This document shows, piece by piece, positions 19,140-29,082 of a stretch of 64,000 nucleotides of DNA. The DNA lies in assembly GCA_031372815.1 (NCBI GenBank), contig JANMMA010000083.1:4820-68819 (forward strand). The letters are read 5' to 3'. The notes under the pieces were generated by a model, which was not told the origin of the DNA, searched no databases, and worked only from the letters and a program-made list of their open reading frames with translations. A program made the position numbers and the translations under genes. Position 1 is the stretch's first letter. Every line of letters begins with the position of its first letter. This DNA comes from Sphingobacteriales bacterium. Lineage in GTDB: Bacteria > Bacteroidota > Bacteroidia > Chitinophagales > Chitinophagaceae.

Positions 19140-19982
19140 GTGAGGCAACAATTGATTGTTGCGATTGGCAGTATACTTCTGTTACTCGTACTTTTTTTCT
19201 TCGGAAGAACAAAGCCTTATCCCAAGGAAACTGCAGCTGCAGCGTCCAGGGATACGGCTTTTTCTGTTTTAGGGTTCGACAATATCCTTGCACAGGCTAA
19301 GCAGAAGCTTAATCCGGCACAACAGTCGAAACTCACTAACCTGGAAAATTCCATTGTACGGGGAGATCTCAAATCGCAGAAAATAGCGCTGTATAGTGAA
19401 CTGGCAACCTTCTGGAAAGACACTGCTAAAATCCGTGAACCCTGGCTTTATTACAATGGCGAAAAGGCTAAATTGGAAAATAGCGAGAAAAACCTCAACT
19501 TTGCCGGCCAATCTTATCTGGAAGAACTGAAAACGGTTTCTGATCCTTCCCTGAAAAGTTGGATGGCAAACCAGGCGCAGGGCTTGTTTGATCAGGTTCT
19601 GGCGATAAATCCGGCCAATGACTCAGCGAAAATCGGATGGGGAAGTACGTTTATTTTCGGCGCTTCAGGTACCGCTTCCCCGATGGAAGGAATCATGAAG
19701 ATCAGGGAAGTTGCCCAGCGTGACAGCAACAACATGTACGCGCAGTTTATGCTGGGTTATGGCGGGATGATGACCGGACAGTTCGACAAAGCAGCAGAGC
19801 GGTTAAAAAAAGTAGTTCAACAGCAACCTGACAATCAGGAAGCCATTTTTCTGCTTGGAGAAGCATACGAAAGGTCAGGTGATAAGGCAAAAGCCATTCA
19901 ATGGTACAACATTGGAAAGAAGAAAGTCACTAATCCTGAATTGATCAAAGCAATAGACGAGAAGATAACATTATTACAATAA
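19140..19982 (+). CDS. Tetratricopeptide-repeat protein with N-terminal membrane anchor
   Basis: One N-terminal TM segment (LIVAIGSILLLLVLFFFG). C-terminal TPR-like helices (AERLKKVVQQQPDNQEAIFLLGEAYERSGDKAKAIQWY). The start is GTG. Confidence 0.6.
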   Translation: MRQQLIVAIGSILLLLVLFFFGRTKPYPKETAAAASRDTAFSVLGFDNILAQAKQKLNPAQQSKLTNLENSIVRGDLKSQKIALYSELATFWKDTAKIREPWLYYNGEKAKLENSEKNLNFAGQSYLEELKTVSDPSLKSWMANQAQGLFDQVLAINPANDSAKIGWGSTFIFGASGTASPMEGIMKIREVAQRDSNNMYAQFMLGYGGMMTGQFDKAAERLKKVVQQQPDNQEAIFLLGEAYERSGDKAKAIQWYNIGKKKVTNPELIKAIDEKITLLQ

Positions 19983-20007
19983 TTGATAACAAAGTAAAAA
20001 TTTTCAA

Positions 20008-20103
20008 ATGCCTTGTGGTAAGAAAAGAAAACGTCATAAAATAGCAACACATAAGCGAAAGAAACGTCTACGTAAAAATCGTCATAAGAAGAGGAATAAA
20101 TAA
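20008..20103 (+). CDS. 31-aa hyper-basic mini-protein, candidate bS22/mS38 (AURKAIP1/COX24-like) ribosomal protein
   Basis: Below the 60-aa threshold of the ORF track. My translation is MPCGKKRKRHKIATHKRKKRLRKNRHKKRNK followed by TAA. It has 18 K/R and 3 H in 31 residues. It sits in a 238-nt gap between the TPR gene and rng, on the same strand as both. Confidence 0.65.
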   Translation: MPCGKKRKRHKIATHKRKKRLRKNRHKKRNK

Positions 20104-20220
20104 TTTCTCTCTATCCCCTTCAGGGAAGACCTTATCAGCTGCATTATGGTACTCAACGATTGTATGTCCATAGCTATAGGCAGACTGACATTTTGTGTAG
20201 GATTGAAAGTGTTTTAACGC

Positions 20221-21768
20221 TTGAATAAAGAATTAATAATTAATGCGGCACCGCAGGGCGTGGAAATTGCCCTGTTAGAGGATAAGAAGCTGGTAGAGAT
20301 GCACAATGAAAAAGTTGATGCCAGTTTTGCGGTGGGAGACTTGTACCTGGGAAAAGTTAAAAAGCTTATTCCAGGACTCAATGCTGCATTTGTAGATGTT
20401 GGTTTTGAGAAAGATGCTTTCCTTCATTATACTGACCTCAGCCCCTACGCAAAATCACTATTGAAGTTTACACAGTTAGCGATCAATGAAAAATCTCCTG
20501 AAGGGCTGGATTTTTCTAAGTTCGACGTGGAGCCTGAAATAGTGAAGACAGGCAAGATCAACGAGGTTCTCGGACAGCGCCCAAATATACTCGTACAGAT
20601 TTTAAAAGAACCGATTGCCGCTAAAGGTCCGAGGCTGAGTTGCGAAATATCCCTTCCGGGACGCTTTGTGGTGGTAACACCGTTTAACGACATTATTGCT
20701 GTTTCACGTAAGATTCACTCTTCTGAGGAAAGGAGAAGGTTGCAGAAAATCGTAGAATCCATTAAGCCCAAAAATTTTGGCGTTATTGTCAGAACAGCAG
20801 CTGAAGGCAAGAATACAGCAGAGCTTCACGAAGACCTGAACAACCTGGTAAACAACTGGGCCATCATTCAGAAAAACCTTAAGGCTGCCGTTGCTCCATA
20901 TAAAGTTTTGAGCGAACAGACAAAGGCTACCAGCATGCTTCGCGACCTGCTGAATGAAGACTTTAACAGGATTATTGTAAATGATAAAAGCATTTATAAT
21001 GATACGCGCAATTACATTCAGAAGATCGCTCCCGACAAGCTCGACATTGTATCCTACTATCATAATGGTGCCCCTATCTTCGATCATTTTGGGATTACCA
21101 AACAGGTCAAAGCCGCATTCGGCAAAACGGTGAACCTTCCCAGTGGTGCTTACCTGATCATTGAACACACCGAAGCACTGCATGTCATAGACGTAAACAG
21201 TGGTTATAAAAGTGTAGGTAATAACCAGGAAGAAAATGCATTACAGACCAATCTTGAGGCAGCAGAAGAAATAGCGCGCCAGCTAAGGTTGAGGGATATC
21301 GGTGGAATTATTGTAGTAGACTTTATCGACATGAAGTATCCTGATAACAAGCGCAAGCTTGTTGAACTGATGGAAAGCTTCATGAGGTCAGATCGTTCAA
21401 AGCATGCCGTATTACCTATTTCAAAGTTCGGACTGATGCAGATTACGCGCCAGCGTATGAAGCCGGAAATGAACATAAACACACAGGAAGTTTGTCCATC
21501 CTGCCACGGTACCGGCAAGATCTCTTCAACGCTTATTCTGGAAGACGAGATCGAAAAGAACATGAGTTACCTGACCATGCAAAAGCACCGTGACCTCACA
21601 TTGTTTGTTCATCCTATCATGCACGCATACCTGACAAAAGGCATTATCTCCATGCGCAGGAAATGGGGCTGGAAATATAAACTAAGCCTCACGGTGAAGT
21701 CCAACAATACGTTTCACCTAACAGAATTCCATTTTTACGACCGGAACGACGAAGAAATCAAATTGTAA
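20221..21768 (+). CDS. rng: Rne/Rng family ribonuclease (RNase G-like)
   Basis: S1 domain (GDLYLGKVKKLIPGLNAAFVDVGFEKDAFLH), catalytic core (ALHVIDVNSG, GGIIVVDFIDM) and a Zn-link (CPSCHGTGK). The start is TTG. Confidence 0.9.
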   Translation: MNKELIINAAPQGVEIALLEDKKLVEMHNEKVDASFAVGDLYLGKVKKLIPGLNAAFVDVGFEKDAFLHYTDLSPYAKSLLKFTQLAINEKSPEGLDFSKFDVEPEIVKTGKINEVLGQRPNILVQILKEPIAAKGPRLSCEISLPGRFVVVTPFNDIIAVSRKIHSSEERRRLQKIVESIKPKNFGVIVRTAAEGKNTAELHEDLNNLVNNWAIIQKNLKAAVAPYKVLSEQTKATSMLRDLLNEDFNRIIVNDKSIYNDTRNYIQKIAPDKLDIVSYYHNGAPIFDHFGITKQVKAAFGKTVNLPSGAYLIIEHTEALHVIDVNSGYKSVGNNQEENALQTNLEAAEEIARQLRLRDIGGIIVVDFIDMKYPDNKRKLVELMESFMRSDRSKHAVLPISKFGLMQITRQRMKPEMNINTQEVCPSCHGTGKISSTLILEDEIEKNMSYLTMQKHRDLTLFVHPIMHAYLTKGIISMRRKWGWKYKLSLTVKSNNTFHLTEFHFYDRNDEEIKL

Positions 21769-21806
21769 TGTGTTAATGTGTTGAATGCGGTAGGGCGATA
21801 ATGAAT

Positions 21807-21918
21807 ACATTACCACATTTGCATTATCGCACTATCGCATTAAGCACATTACCACATTATAAAAATAAACCCCGGTTATGCCGGGGTTTAGTTTTATATG
21901 CATTATCGCACTATCGCA
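21807..21918. repeat. Short duplicated intergenic motifs
   Basis: acattaccacatt occurs at 21807-21819 and 21846-21858. gcattatcgcactatcgca occurs at 21821-21839 and 21900-21918. Each copy set is followed by an aaacccc...ggggttt hairpin. Confidence 0.8.
21867..21889. terminator. Bidirectional intrinsic terminator 1 (rng / PUL convergent gap)
   Basis: aaaccccgg-ttat-gccggggttt has a GC stem flanked by A and T runs on both sides. Confidence 0.75.
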
Positions 21919-21931
21919 ATTTCGCATTATT

Positions 21932-21954
21932 AAACCCCAGCAAAGCTGGGGTTT
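21932..21954. terminator. Bidirectional intrinsic terminator 2
   Basis: aaaccccag-caaa-gctggggttt has the same architecture as terminator 1. Confidence 0.75.
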
Positions 21955-21962
21955 AATAATTG

Positions 21963-22832
21963 CTATTTCTTTTGCAGGATCAACTTATAAGAACCAAAGT
22001 CAGCTCCTCCGTAATTGATACGAATACTCATGGTAATGAGTCCCGTACAGGAGAATACAAACCCGGTGTTTGGTGTTCCGGTTTTGGCAAGTGAACCATA
22101 GTCAGCCCAGGTTACGTTAGCGGGTATAGTAGCGGAACCGGTAGCAGGGGCAACAGTAATAGTCAAAGGATTAACTACAGAACCGTATGCCGGATTTGGC
22201 CAAACTTTACTGATGTCAACCGTGTTTGCTACTGCTCCGTCAAGAACAGTAACCACATCACCAGGAGACCAGTCAACCCACTCATCCGTAACAACGGTGT
22301 ACAAACCGCCAATGGGTCCAATAAATGGACAAACTACAGTGGCTGACCATGCAAGCGCCATGTTATAGGCTGAAATACCGGAAAAACCAGTATTTGTATT
22401 TGCATAATCAAAAGTTCTGCCGTCTTTAGTAGTGATCACGTTGTACATGGTATATTGATTACCAGGAGCAATCACTGCAGGTGCAATAGCCGTTGCAATT
22501 TCAGTTCCGGAAACCTGGAGGTTATAAACACCGTTGTTGGTGTTCGCAACTTCCTTGATCTTTTTCCATTTTGTTTTATCCTGTGTTGGTGTTCCAGGTG
22601 CAACATAAATGGTGATTTTCTCCTGATCGGCACCATATTGTGCTACGTCAATGCTCGCCTTACTGCCCGACAGGTTACTGAAGTCGAGGATAAGGTTATT
22701 TGCTTTTGTTAAAGTCACGTATGATCCTTTACCGAGGGTGTTTACGTCCTGAGGTACATCTACCTTTTCACAGGAGTTCAAAAATACCATCCCGGCAGCC
22801 AGCATCAATACGGATGAAATTATTTTTCTCAT
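21963..22832 (-). CDS. Hypothetical surface lipoprotein, third gene of the SusC/SusD locus (position equivalent to SusE/F-type accessory lipoproteins)
   Basis: Lipoprotein signal MRKIISSVLMLAAGMVFLNSC. It starts 12 nt downstream of the SusD-like gene. I recognise no family. Confidence 0.5.
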   Translation of the reverse strand: MRKIISSVLMLAAGMVFLNSCEKVDVPQDVNTLGKGSYVTLTKANNLILDFSNLSGSKASIDVAQYGADQEKITIYVAPGTPTQDKTKWKKIKEVANTNNGVYNLQVSGTEIATAIAPAVIAPGNQYTMYNVITTKDGRTFDYANTNTGFSGISAYNMALAWSATVVCPFIGPIGGLYTVVTDEWVDWSPGDVVTVLDGAVANTVDISKVWPNPAYGSVVNPLTITVAPATGSATIPANVTWADYGSLAKTGTPNTGFVFSCTGLITMSIRINYGGADFGSYKLILQKK

Positions 22833-22844
22833 TTGTATTATTTA

Positions 22845-24524
22845 TTATTTTATGAAACCAGCAGGATTTGTATCCCAAAACACCTGAACATTAACGTCAG
22901 CTTTCTGAACAGCGGTATTGTTAAGGTTGGCGTAGTTGGCAGGATAGAACATTGACCTTGTAAAGCTGCCCGGGTTTGGATTGATCATAAACTGGAAATT
23001 ATCCGGCTTTCCCGTGCGCCTGTAAAGGTTATATACATCCATGCCAGTACCCCAAAGGGCCAGATAATACTCTTTCGCGATAACATTAAGTTTTGCATCA
23101 TTAGTTGCTGCTGCATCATAAAGTGCAAGTACTTTGGTCACATATCCGTCGATTCTTGCCTGAGTCATTGCAAAGGATACAGGCACAACACCTGCCGCGC
23201 CTATAGCTGCGGGAAATCCCTGAACTTTTGCCATACTCCTGCGAATACCATTTTCCAGCAATGTTTTCGGATTGCCGTTAGTTCCTAAAGTCAAAGCAGA
23301 TTCTGCTTTTACGAACTCGGTAAATGCGGATTGCCATATCGGCAGGATTCCTGCACCAAGTCCACCGCGATTCAATGAAACTTGAGTTCCCTGGTTGGCA
23401 TCAAACTCACCACCTGCAGGATAAATACCATAAGTAGAACGGTAATTACCATCTGGCGGAATGCCACTTGCATCACCGTGGTCACGACTCCAATATCCAG
23501 AAACAGTATAGCAGAAAGGCATGCTTCCTGTATAATGTGGAGGTTTTGTCTGAGCCACACAAGCCATGGTGTTTTCATTCCTGTTGGCATAGTTTGTCTG
23601 CTGGCGATAGATGTAATAACGGCTGCGAGGATCATTGTTTGCATCACCTGTTCCTTTTTCAACGACCAGGGACCAAAGGAAGTGTGTTCCTATATAGTCA
23701 GATGCCTGCCCTGTTGGCTGGTAATTACTACCATAGTCAGGATGGCGGCTGTCTGGGTTAGACTGCTTGGTAGAATATTTAAATTCAAAATCCCTTGCAG
23801 TTGTTGAAGTGGATGCAATTACATCTGCGTCGGCAATTAAGGCATTAATCTTATCCTTTGCGGTTGCATCAACTAATCTTGTATTGACATAAGCCCTGAG
23901 CTTAAGCAATTTCGCAGCAGTTCTCCAGTTAGTAACTCCAGCTGTACCCGCGGTATTGAAGAACAGATCATCTGTCTTTGGATACAAAGTTGTCGGTTTT
24001 GCAAGGTCTGCTATAGCGTCATCCAACAAGGTGATTGCAGCTGCATAAATAGATTTACCCTGATCCAGCTTTGGGTTGGTATTGTCAATTCCCAGGTTAG
24101 CTTCAGAATATGGTACGTCACCGAAGATGTCAACAAGCGTCATCATGGTATGAGCTCTCATGATTTTGGCCATACCCACATTCACCCAACGCTTATTAGC
24201 GGTAGCAATGGGAAGCAATGCATCGACGTGTTTGATAACCCCTGTATAAGCAGTACTCCAGATACCGTCAAAACTCTGAGGTGAAAATGCGTTTCGGTAC
24301 GTTTGTGCACCAAAATTGGTTTGTCTTGTTACTGAGCGTCCAACACCGTTAGCCTGGCCTAAAAGACTGGCGTAGTTGAGCTGAGCCGTAACCAGGTAAA
24401 GTCCTGCATCAGCCTTATCAACGCTGGGTGTATTCGGATTCACCAGCAGCTCATCGAGCTTCTTGGTGCAGGATCCCAGAACAACCAGGGCGATCGCTAA
24501 AATGATTAATTTATTTTGTTTCAT
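22845..24524 (-). CDS. SusD/RagB family nutrient-binding outer-membrane lipoprotein
   Basis: Lipoprotein signal MKQNKLIILAIALVVLGSC. 559 aa, helical/TPR-like. It lies 19 nt downstream of a SusC-type gene. Confidence 0.85.
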   Translation of the reverse strand: MKQNKLIILAIALVVLGSCTKKLDELLVNPNTPSVDKADAGLYLVTAQLNYASLLGQANGVGRSVTRQTNFGAQTYRNAFSPQSFDGIWSTAYTGVIKHVDALLPIATANKRWVNVGMAKIMRAHTMMTLVDIFGDVPYSEANLGIDNTNPKLDQGKSIYAAAITLLDDAIADLAKPTTLYPKTDDLFFNTAGTAGVTNWRTAAKLLKLRAYVNTRLVDATAKDKINALIADADVIASTSTTARDFEFKYSTKQSNPDSRHPDYGSNYQPTGQASDYIGTHFLWSLVVEKGTGDANNDPRSRYYIYRQQTNYANRNENTMACVAQTKPPHYTGSMPFCYTVSGYWSRDHGDASGIPPDGNYRSTYGIYPAGGEFDANQGTQVSLNRGGLGAGILPIWQSAFTEFVKAESALTLGTNGNPKTLLENGIRRSMAKVQGFPAAIGAAGVVPVSFAMTQARIDGYVTKVLALYDAAATNDAKLNVIAKEYYLALWGTGMDVYNLYRRTGKPDNFQFMINPNPGSFTRSMFYPANYANLNNTAVQKADVNVQVFWDTNPAGFIK

Positions 24525-24543
24525 AATTATACTCTTTTTAAGA

Positions 24544-27500
24544 TTAGAAGGTTACCCTTACACTTACACCATAACGCTTGGATGTTGGTCCGGAAAGGTA
24601 TTCAAGGCCACGAACGTTAGACACCCCAAGACTGGAAGTTTCCGGATCGAAATTCACAAATTCTGGGAAGTTTGGTGCATTGTACCATAGGTTCTGACCG
24701 CTGAAGGTGATAGAAGCACCACCGAAAGGCGTCTTGGAAAACCAGGCGTTCGGGAAATTGTAAGCAAGAGATAATTCCCTCAACCTGAACACCGTTGCAT
24801 CATATATGATAAGGTCAGTAGAACCAAAGAAACCTGACAAATTATTGAAGTAAGCCTGACTGGCACTGATCTGAACATCGTTAGGTGTACCGTCTTCTTT
24901 CACACCAGGAAGAACAAGTCCCTGGTAACGATCGAAGTCAGTGTCTTTTGTCAATCCACGACCAGGCAGTGTACCGCTGGTATAAGAAAGCATATCACCA
25001 CCCTTAGTATAGTCAAGCTGCGCACGAAGTGACAACCCTTTCCAGGTAAACGTGTTGATGAAAGCTGATACGAAATCAGGGTTAGGATCACCAAGGATAC
25101 CAATTTCACTGGTCGTCAGGTAATTTCCGCTGGCATCAACTATACGTTCTCCGGTTGGTTTTGCAGAAACTGCCGTGGTTCCTGAATCCCTTAACGTGTA
25201 GCTCGACTGAATCACACCGAGTGGATAACCGTTGAGGGCAAAAAGTCCCTGGTTTGAAAAACCATCGATAACAATCTGTTTAACATCTGAAGGAAGGTCA
25301 TAAACCTTGCTCCTGTTCCTGGTATAGTTGAGCGTCATTTCCCAACTGAAATTACGAGTACGGATAGGCGTTATACCAAGTTGTATTTCCCAGCCCTGGT
25401 TGCTAAGCGAGCCTGCGTTGATGAAAGTTGCGGTATATCCGGTTGAAGGATCGAGATCACGACGGAGGATCTGATCGCTTGATACCCTCTTATAATAAGT
25501 TACGTCGAATGAAAAGCGGTTATTAAACATCCTACCTTCTGTGCCCAATTCAATTTCTTTCTGAAGCTCAGGGGAAAGGTTTGGATTTGGCAGGAGGTTG
25601 CTGATTCCGTTTGCATTAAGTATGGTTCCAACCCTGTCCACAAATACGTTCGTAGAGATATTCAGGATAGGACGGGTATTGTATGGCGTTCCAAAGTTGG
25701 CTGATGTGGAATAACCGGCACGGAACTTCAGGAAGTTCAGCGTAGCATTTCCTTTCAGGCCATCGAAAGCTGCTGTCGGAATAAATGAAACGTTCGCTGA
25801 AGGATAGAACAGGCCTCTGTTATCTTTTTCAAGATTGGAGGACCATCCCTGCCGACCACCGAGGGTCAGGTACATCCACTCTTTGTAGGCAAGTTCAGCC
25901 TGGGCAAACACTCCCAGTGATAAAGTTTCCACTTTATAATCCAGCTGGCTTCCGTCTTCAGACTGGTTATCATGAACAATAAAGTTGTCATGATCAAACA
26001 GCCCATACACCAATTGCTGGCGGCTACGCTGTCCCTGTTGAGAGTATTTCCTGTTCTGAGAGTTTGCACCTGCAGTCACTCCGAGTCTCAAGTCTTTGCT
26101 GAAGCCCGTGCTATACTGTGCAATGATTGAATGATCCCAGATATTATTGATACCTGTAACAGTACGGTGTATACCAAGGGTATAATCTGTACCACCAACT
26201 ACACCACCTTTGTTCTGAGAAAAATAGTTATAGTCAGAATAGTTGTCATAGCCAACACGATACATCACATTCAATTTCTTAGTGATGTCATATTTCAGGG
26301 CCATGTTTCCAAAAAGCCTGTTGATCTTTTGACCATTGAATGAGTTATTCACGGTCCAGATCGGGTGCTGGATATCATTACCCGGGCGATAGTATACGGA
26401 GGATTTGTCCAGCGGATTTTCCCATGGAAGACCCTGAATGTCTACCGATCGCGGAGTATATAATAAGTTACCAAAAACGGAAGATACTGTTGGGTTTGAG
26501 CCAAAACTTGTGGAAGTAGGAGGTGATTTGAAATCCGTGGTTGCATAGTTGAAGGTACCAGTAAACATCAACTGGTTTGCAAGTTTGACGTTTCCACCCA
26601 TTCCGAAGTTATTTTTGATGACCCTGTTACCCGGTGTGAAACCCTGGTCATCAGTGTAACCGTAGTTGGCACTGAAACTGGAATTGTTACCGAGAGCTGT
26701 GATCAAATTTACCGAAGTGGTTTTGATCACACCAGTGCGGAAAAATTTCTCCACACTATTTTGCGGCAGTAAGGCAATTTTCTTCCCTTGATATTCTGGG
26801 AACGCTGTTGCCAGTGCGGCACGGCTGTATGGGTGATTAACAGAATCCGGAGGCGTTCTGTATGGAGCACCCCAGTTGGAGAAGAATGCGTAACCAAGAC
26901 TTTGGTCGAATCCACCACCATAACTATTCTGATAATCCGGAAGGTTTGCCACCTTGTTCAGGAACACAGACTGGCTTACTGAAACTTCCGTCTTTTTGTT
27001 AACCCTTCGGTTAGCACCATTCTTGGTAGTAATCATCACCACACCATTACGACCAAGTTCACCATACAATGTGGTGGCACTCAGACCTTTCAATACACTA
27101 ATGTTCTCAATGCTGTTTGGATCGAGGTCTCCAAAACGGCTTGAAGTAGTATTACCAAACTGGAAACCAGCCTGTGAATTTGTTGATGCATCAAAAGGAA
27201 CACCATCCACAATAAATAAAGGTGTACTTCCGCCGGTAATGGTATTAACACCACGAATGATGATGTTGGTACCAGATCCGGAAATACCGGAAGGAGGAAG
27301 GATATTAACACCCGGAGCTTTACCATTTAATAAACGCACTACGTCACTTTCCGGACGAAGTTCCAGTTGCTTTTTGTCAACTGAAGATACCGCATAACCC
27401 AACGCTTTCTTTTCGCGACGGATACCTTGTGCGGTAACCACAACCTCGCTTAACGCCTGGTTTGCGGCTTTTAATGAAATGCCTTGAAAATCGGTAGTAT

Positions 27501-27750
27501 TCGCGATGATCTCCCGGGTATCGTACCCTACTGTTGAGATCACGAGAATAGCGCCGCGTTTTGCGGTCAACTTGAAATTACCAGTAGCATCGGTAGACGT
27601 TCCCACTTTAGTAGCCTTGTCCTGAATTGAGGCACCGGCTATCGGGGAACCGCCTTCGTCCGTTACTTTACCGGAGACTTCCACGGTTTGACCTACAGCA
27701 ATATGCATCATGAACATCATGGCGCATAGCAGAGATGCAATTTTTCTCAT
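24544..27750 (-). CDS. SusC/RagA family TonB-linked outer-membrane protein
   Basis: From the ATG at 27750: MRKIASLLCAMMFMMHIAVGQ, then a CarboxypepD_reg domain (VSGKVTDEGGSPIAGASIQD ... GNFKL). Plug region (GKAPGVNI ... IIRGVNTI ... PLFIVDGVPF), the SusC signature region, and a terminal aromatic residue (VRVTF). The ORF track start at 27840 adds 30 implausible residues. Confidence 0.9.
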   Translation of the reverse strand: MRKIASLLCAMMFMMHIAVGQTVEVSGKVTDEGGSPIAGASIQDKATKVGTSTDATGNFKLTAKRGAILVISTVGYDTREIIANTTDFQGISLKAANQALSEVVVTAQGIRREKKALGYAVSSVDKKQLELRPESDVVRLLNGKAPGVNILPPSGISGSGTNIIIRGVNTITGGSTPLFIVDGVPFDASTNSQAGFQFGNTTSSRFGDLDPNSIENISVLKGLSATTLYGELGRNGVVMITTKNGANRRVNKKTEVSVSQSVFLNKVANLPDYQNSYGGGFDQSLGYAFFSNWGAPYRTPPDSVNHPYSRAALATAFPEYQGKKIALLPQNSVEKFFRTGVIKTTSVNLITALGNNSSFSANYGYTDDQGFTPGNRVIKNNFGMGGNVKLANQLMFTGTFNYATTDFKSPPTSTSFGSNPTVSSVFGNLLYTPRSVDIQGLPWENPLDKSSVYYRPGNDIQHPIWTVNNSFNGQKINRLFGNMALKYDITKKLNVMYRVGYDNYSDYNYFSQNKGGVVGGTDYTLGIHRTVTGINNIWDHSIIAQYSTGFSKDLRLGVTAGANSQNRKYSQQGQRSRQQLVYGLFDHDNFIVHDNQSEDGSQLDYKVETLSLGVFAQAELAYKEWMYLTLGGRQGWSSNLEKDNRGLFYPSANVSFIPTAAFDGLKGNATLNFLKFRAGYSTSANFGTPYNTRPILNISTNVFVDRVGTILNANGISNLLPNPNLSPELQKEIELGTEGRMFNNRFSFDVTYYKRVSSDQILRRDLDPSTGYTATFINAGSLSNQGWEIQLGITPIRTRNFSWEMTLNYTRNRSKVYDLPSDVKQIVIDGFSNQGLFALNGYPLGVIQSSYTLRDSGTTAVSAKPTGERIVDASGNYLTTSEIGILGDPNPDFVSAFINTFTWKGLSLRAQLDYTKGGDMLSYTSGTLPGRGLTKDTDFDRYQGLVLPGVKEDGTPNDVQISASQAYFNNLSGFFGSTDLIIYDATVFRLRELSLAYNFPNAWFSKTPFGGASITFSGQNLWYNAPNFPEFVNFDPETSSLGVSNVRGLEYLSGPTSKRYGVSVRVTF

Positions 27751-28155
27751 GTTTGTAGTCAGTTTTAGTTTTTGAAGTAGACGAAAATATGTTAACGAAA
27801 TGTAAACGCCAAAAAAACAGACAATTTTGCCACTCAACATGCTGCTTTTCCGCTAATAAATAGTGAATTACGCATTTATCCCAGAATATTTGACAAAGTA
27901 TGCGCAGATCCAATACAAACATGGATTTAATGCAGGAAAACTGCGTTTTAAGAAATATGTAAGTCGCTGATAAACAATTCAATATATAGTTATCAACAAT
28001 CCTCTAAACTGAATATATGTAAATAACTTATATGTCAAATTTTTTACGTCTTTAAAACGCAAAAAGCCGACAAATTTAATATTTACCGGCTTTTGTTAAG
28101 GAAGGAATTCAAATATCATTTATTAGGTCTAAAATACATCACATTATAATGTTTT

Positions 28156-28842
28156 TTAATTCCTATTTCTATTACCCAGAAAGATAAAAATATACTGCAC
28201 GAGGGTAACAACGGAAGCTAACGCTGCTACAACATAAGTAGTAGCTGCCCACTTGAGCGCATCTTTGGCCTTGGGGTATTCCTGTGGGGTAGCAACCCCT
28301 GTGGTCTGTAACCAGGCCAGTGCACGCCTGCTGGCGTCAAACTCTACAGGCAATGTGATAATGCTGAATATGGTAGTCATAGCAAACAGTACAATTCCCC
28401 CTAAAAGCAGCATCGGGAAGACCTTAATCAGTAATATTCCCGCAAGCAAGATCCATTGAACGGCCATCGAACTGAATTGTACTGCAGGTACCAGGGTACT
28501 CCTCATCCTCAGCCAGGGATAACTGGTAGCATGCTGTACCGCATGACCACATTCGTGTGAAGCCACTGCAGCTGCAGCGACACTTCTACCTGCATACACT
28601 TCCTCACTGAGGTTAACGGTTTTAGTGAGCGGATTATAATGGTCACTCAGTGCCCCGGGTACAGAAATGACCTTTACGTCATAAATGCCAGATTCACGGA
28701 GCATTTTTTCCGCGACTTCCTTGCCAGACAATCCTGATGCAAGTCCTACATTATGATATTGGGAAAACTTACTTCTTAACCTCGCGGAAACCAGCATGCT
28801 TAACCCAACAAAAAGCAATGAAACCAGATAAATTGAGCCCAT
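28156..28842 (-). CDS. Membrane zinc metallopeptidase (YugP / Zn_peptidase_2-like)
   Basis: HECGHAVQH is an HExxH motif, flanked by TM segments. 228 aa. Confidence 0.8.
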   Translation of the reverse strand: MGSIYLVSLLFVGLSMLVSARLRSKFSQYHNVGLASGLSGKEVAEKMLRESGIYDVKVISVPGALSDHYNPLTKTVNLSEEVYAGRSVAAAAVASHECGHAVQHATSYPWLRMRSTLVPAVQFSSMAVQWILLAGILLIKVFPMLLLGGIVLFAMTTIFSIITLPVEFDASRRALAWLQTTGVATPQEYPKAKDALKWAATTYVVAALASVVTLVQYIFIFLGNRNRN

Positions 28843-29082
28843 ATCTTACTTGATTTATAGTTGTTATAAACGATACTGCAAATTGATGTCCATTCCTCCT
28901 GAACTGGTTTTTTAACGCCGTTTTGACAGCGATGTATTTTCGATCAATTCTCAGATAGTCAAATTGTCAATCTGACCTGCCAATGCTCTGTATTTTCATA
29001 ATAAATACCTAATTATCAATTATTTAGGTATAAATACCCCCTTTCGGAGTTGGTTTTAAAAGTTATTCACACCCCGAAAAAA

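Noticed and set aside
28062-28094. A possible terminator hairpin, aaaagccg...cggctttt, lies downstream of the Zn-peptidase gene.
   Set aside because: There are only 4 G-C pairs and a 17-nt loop, which is too weak to call. A 9-nt inverted repeat (gcgttttaa / ttaaaacgc, about 27944 and 28052) in the same AT-rich region is also within chance expectation.
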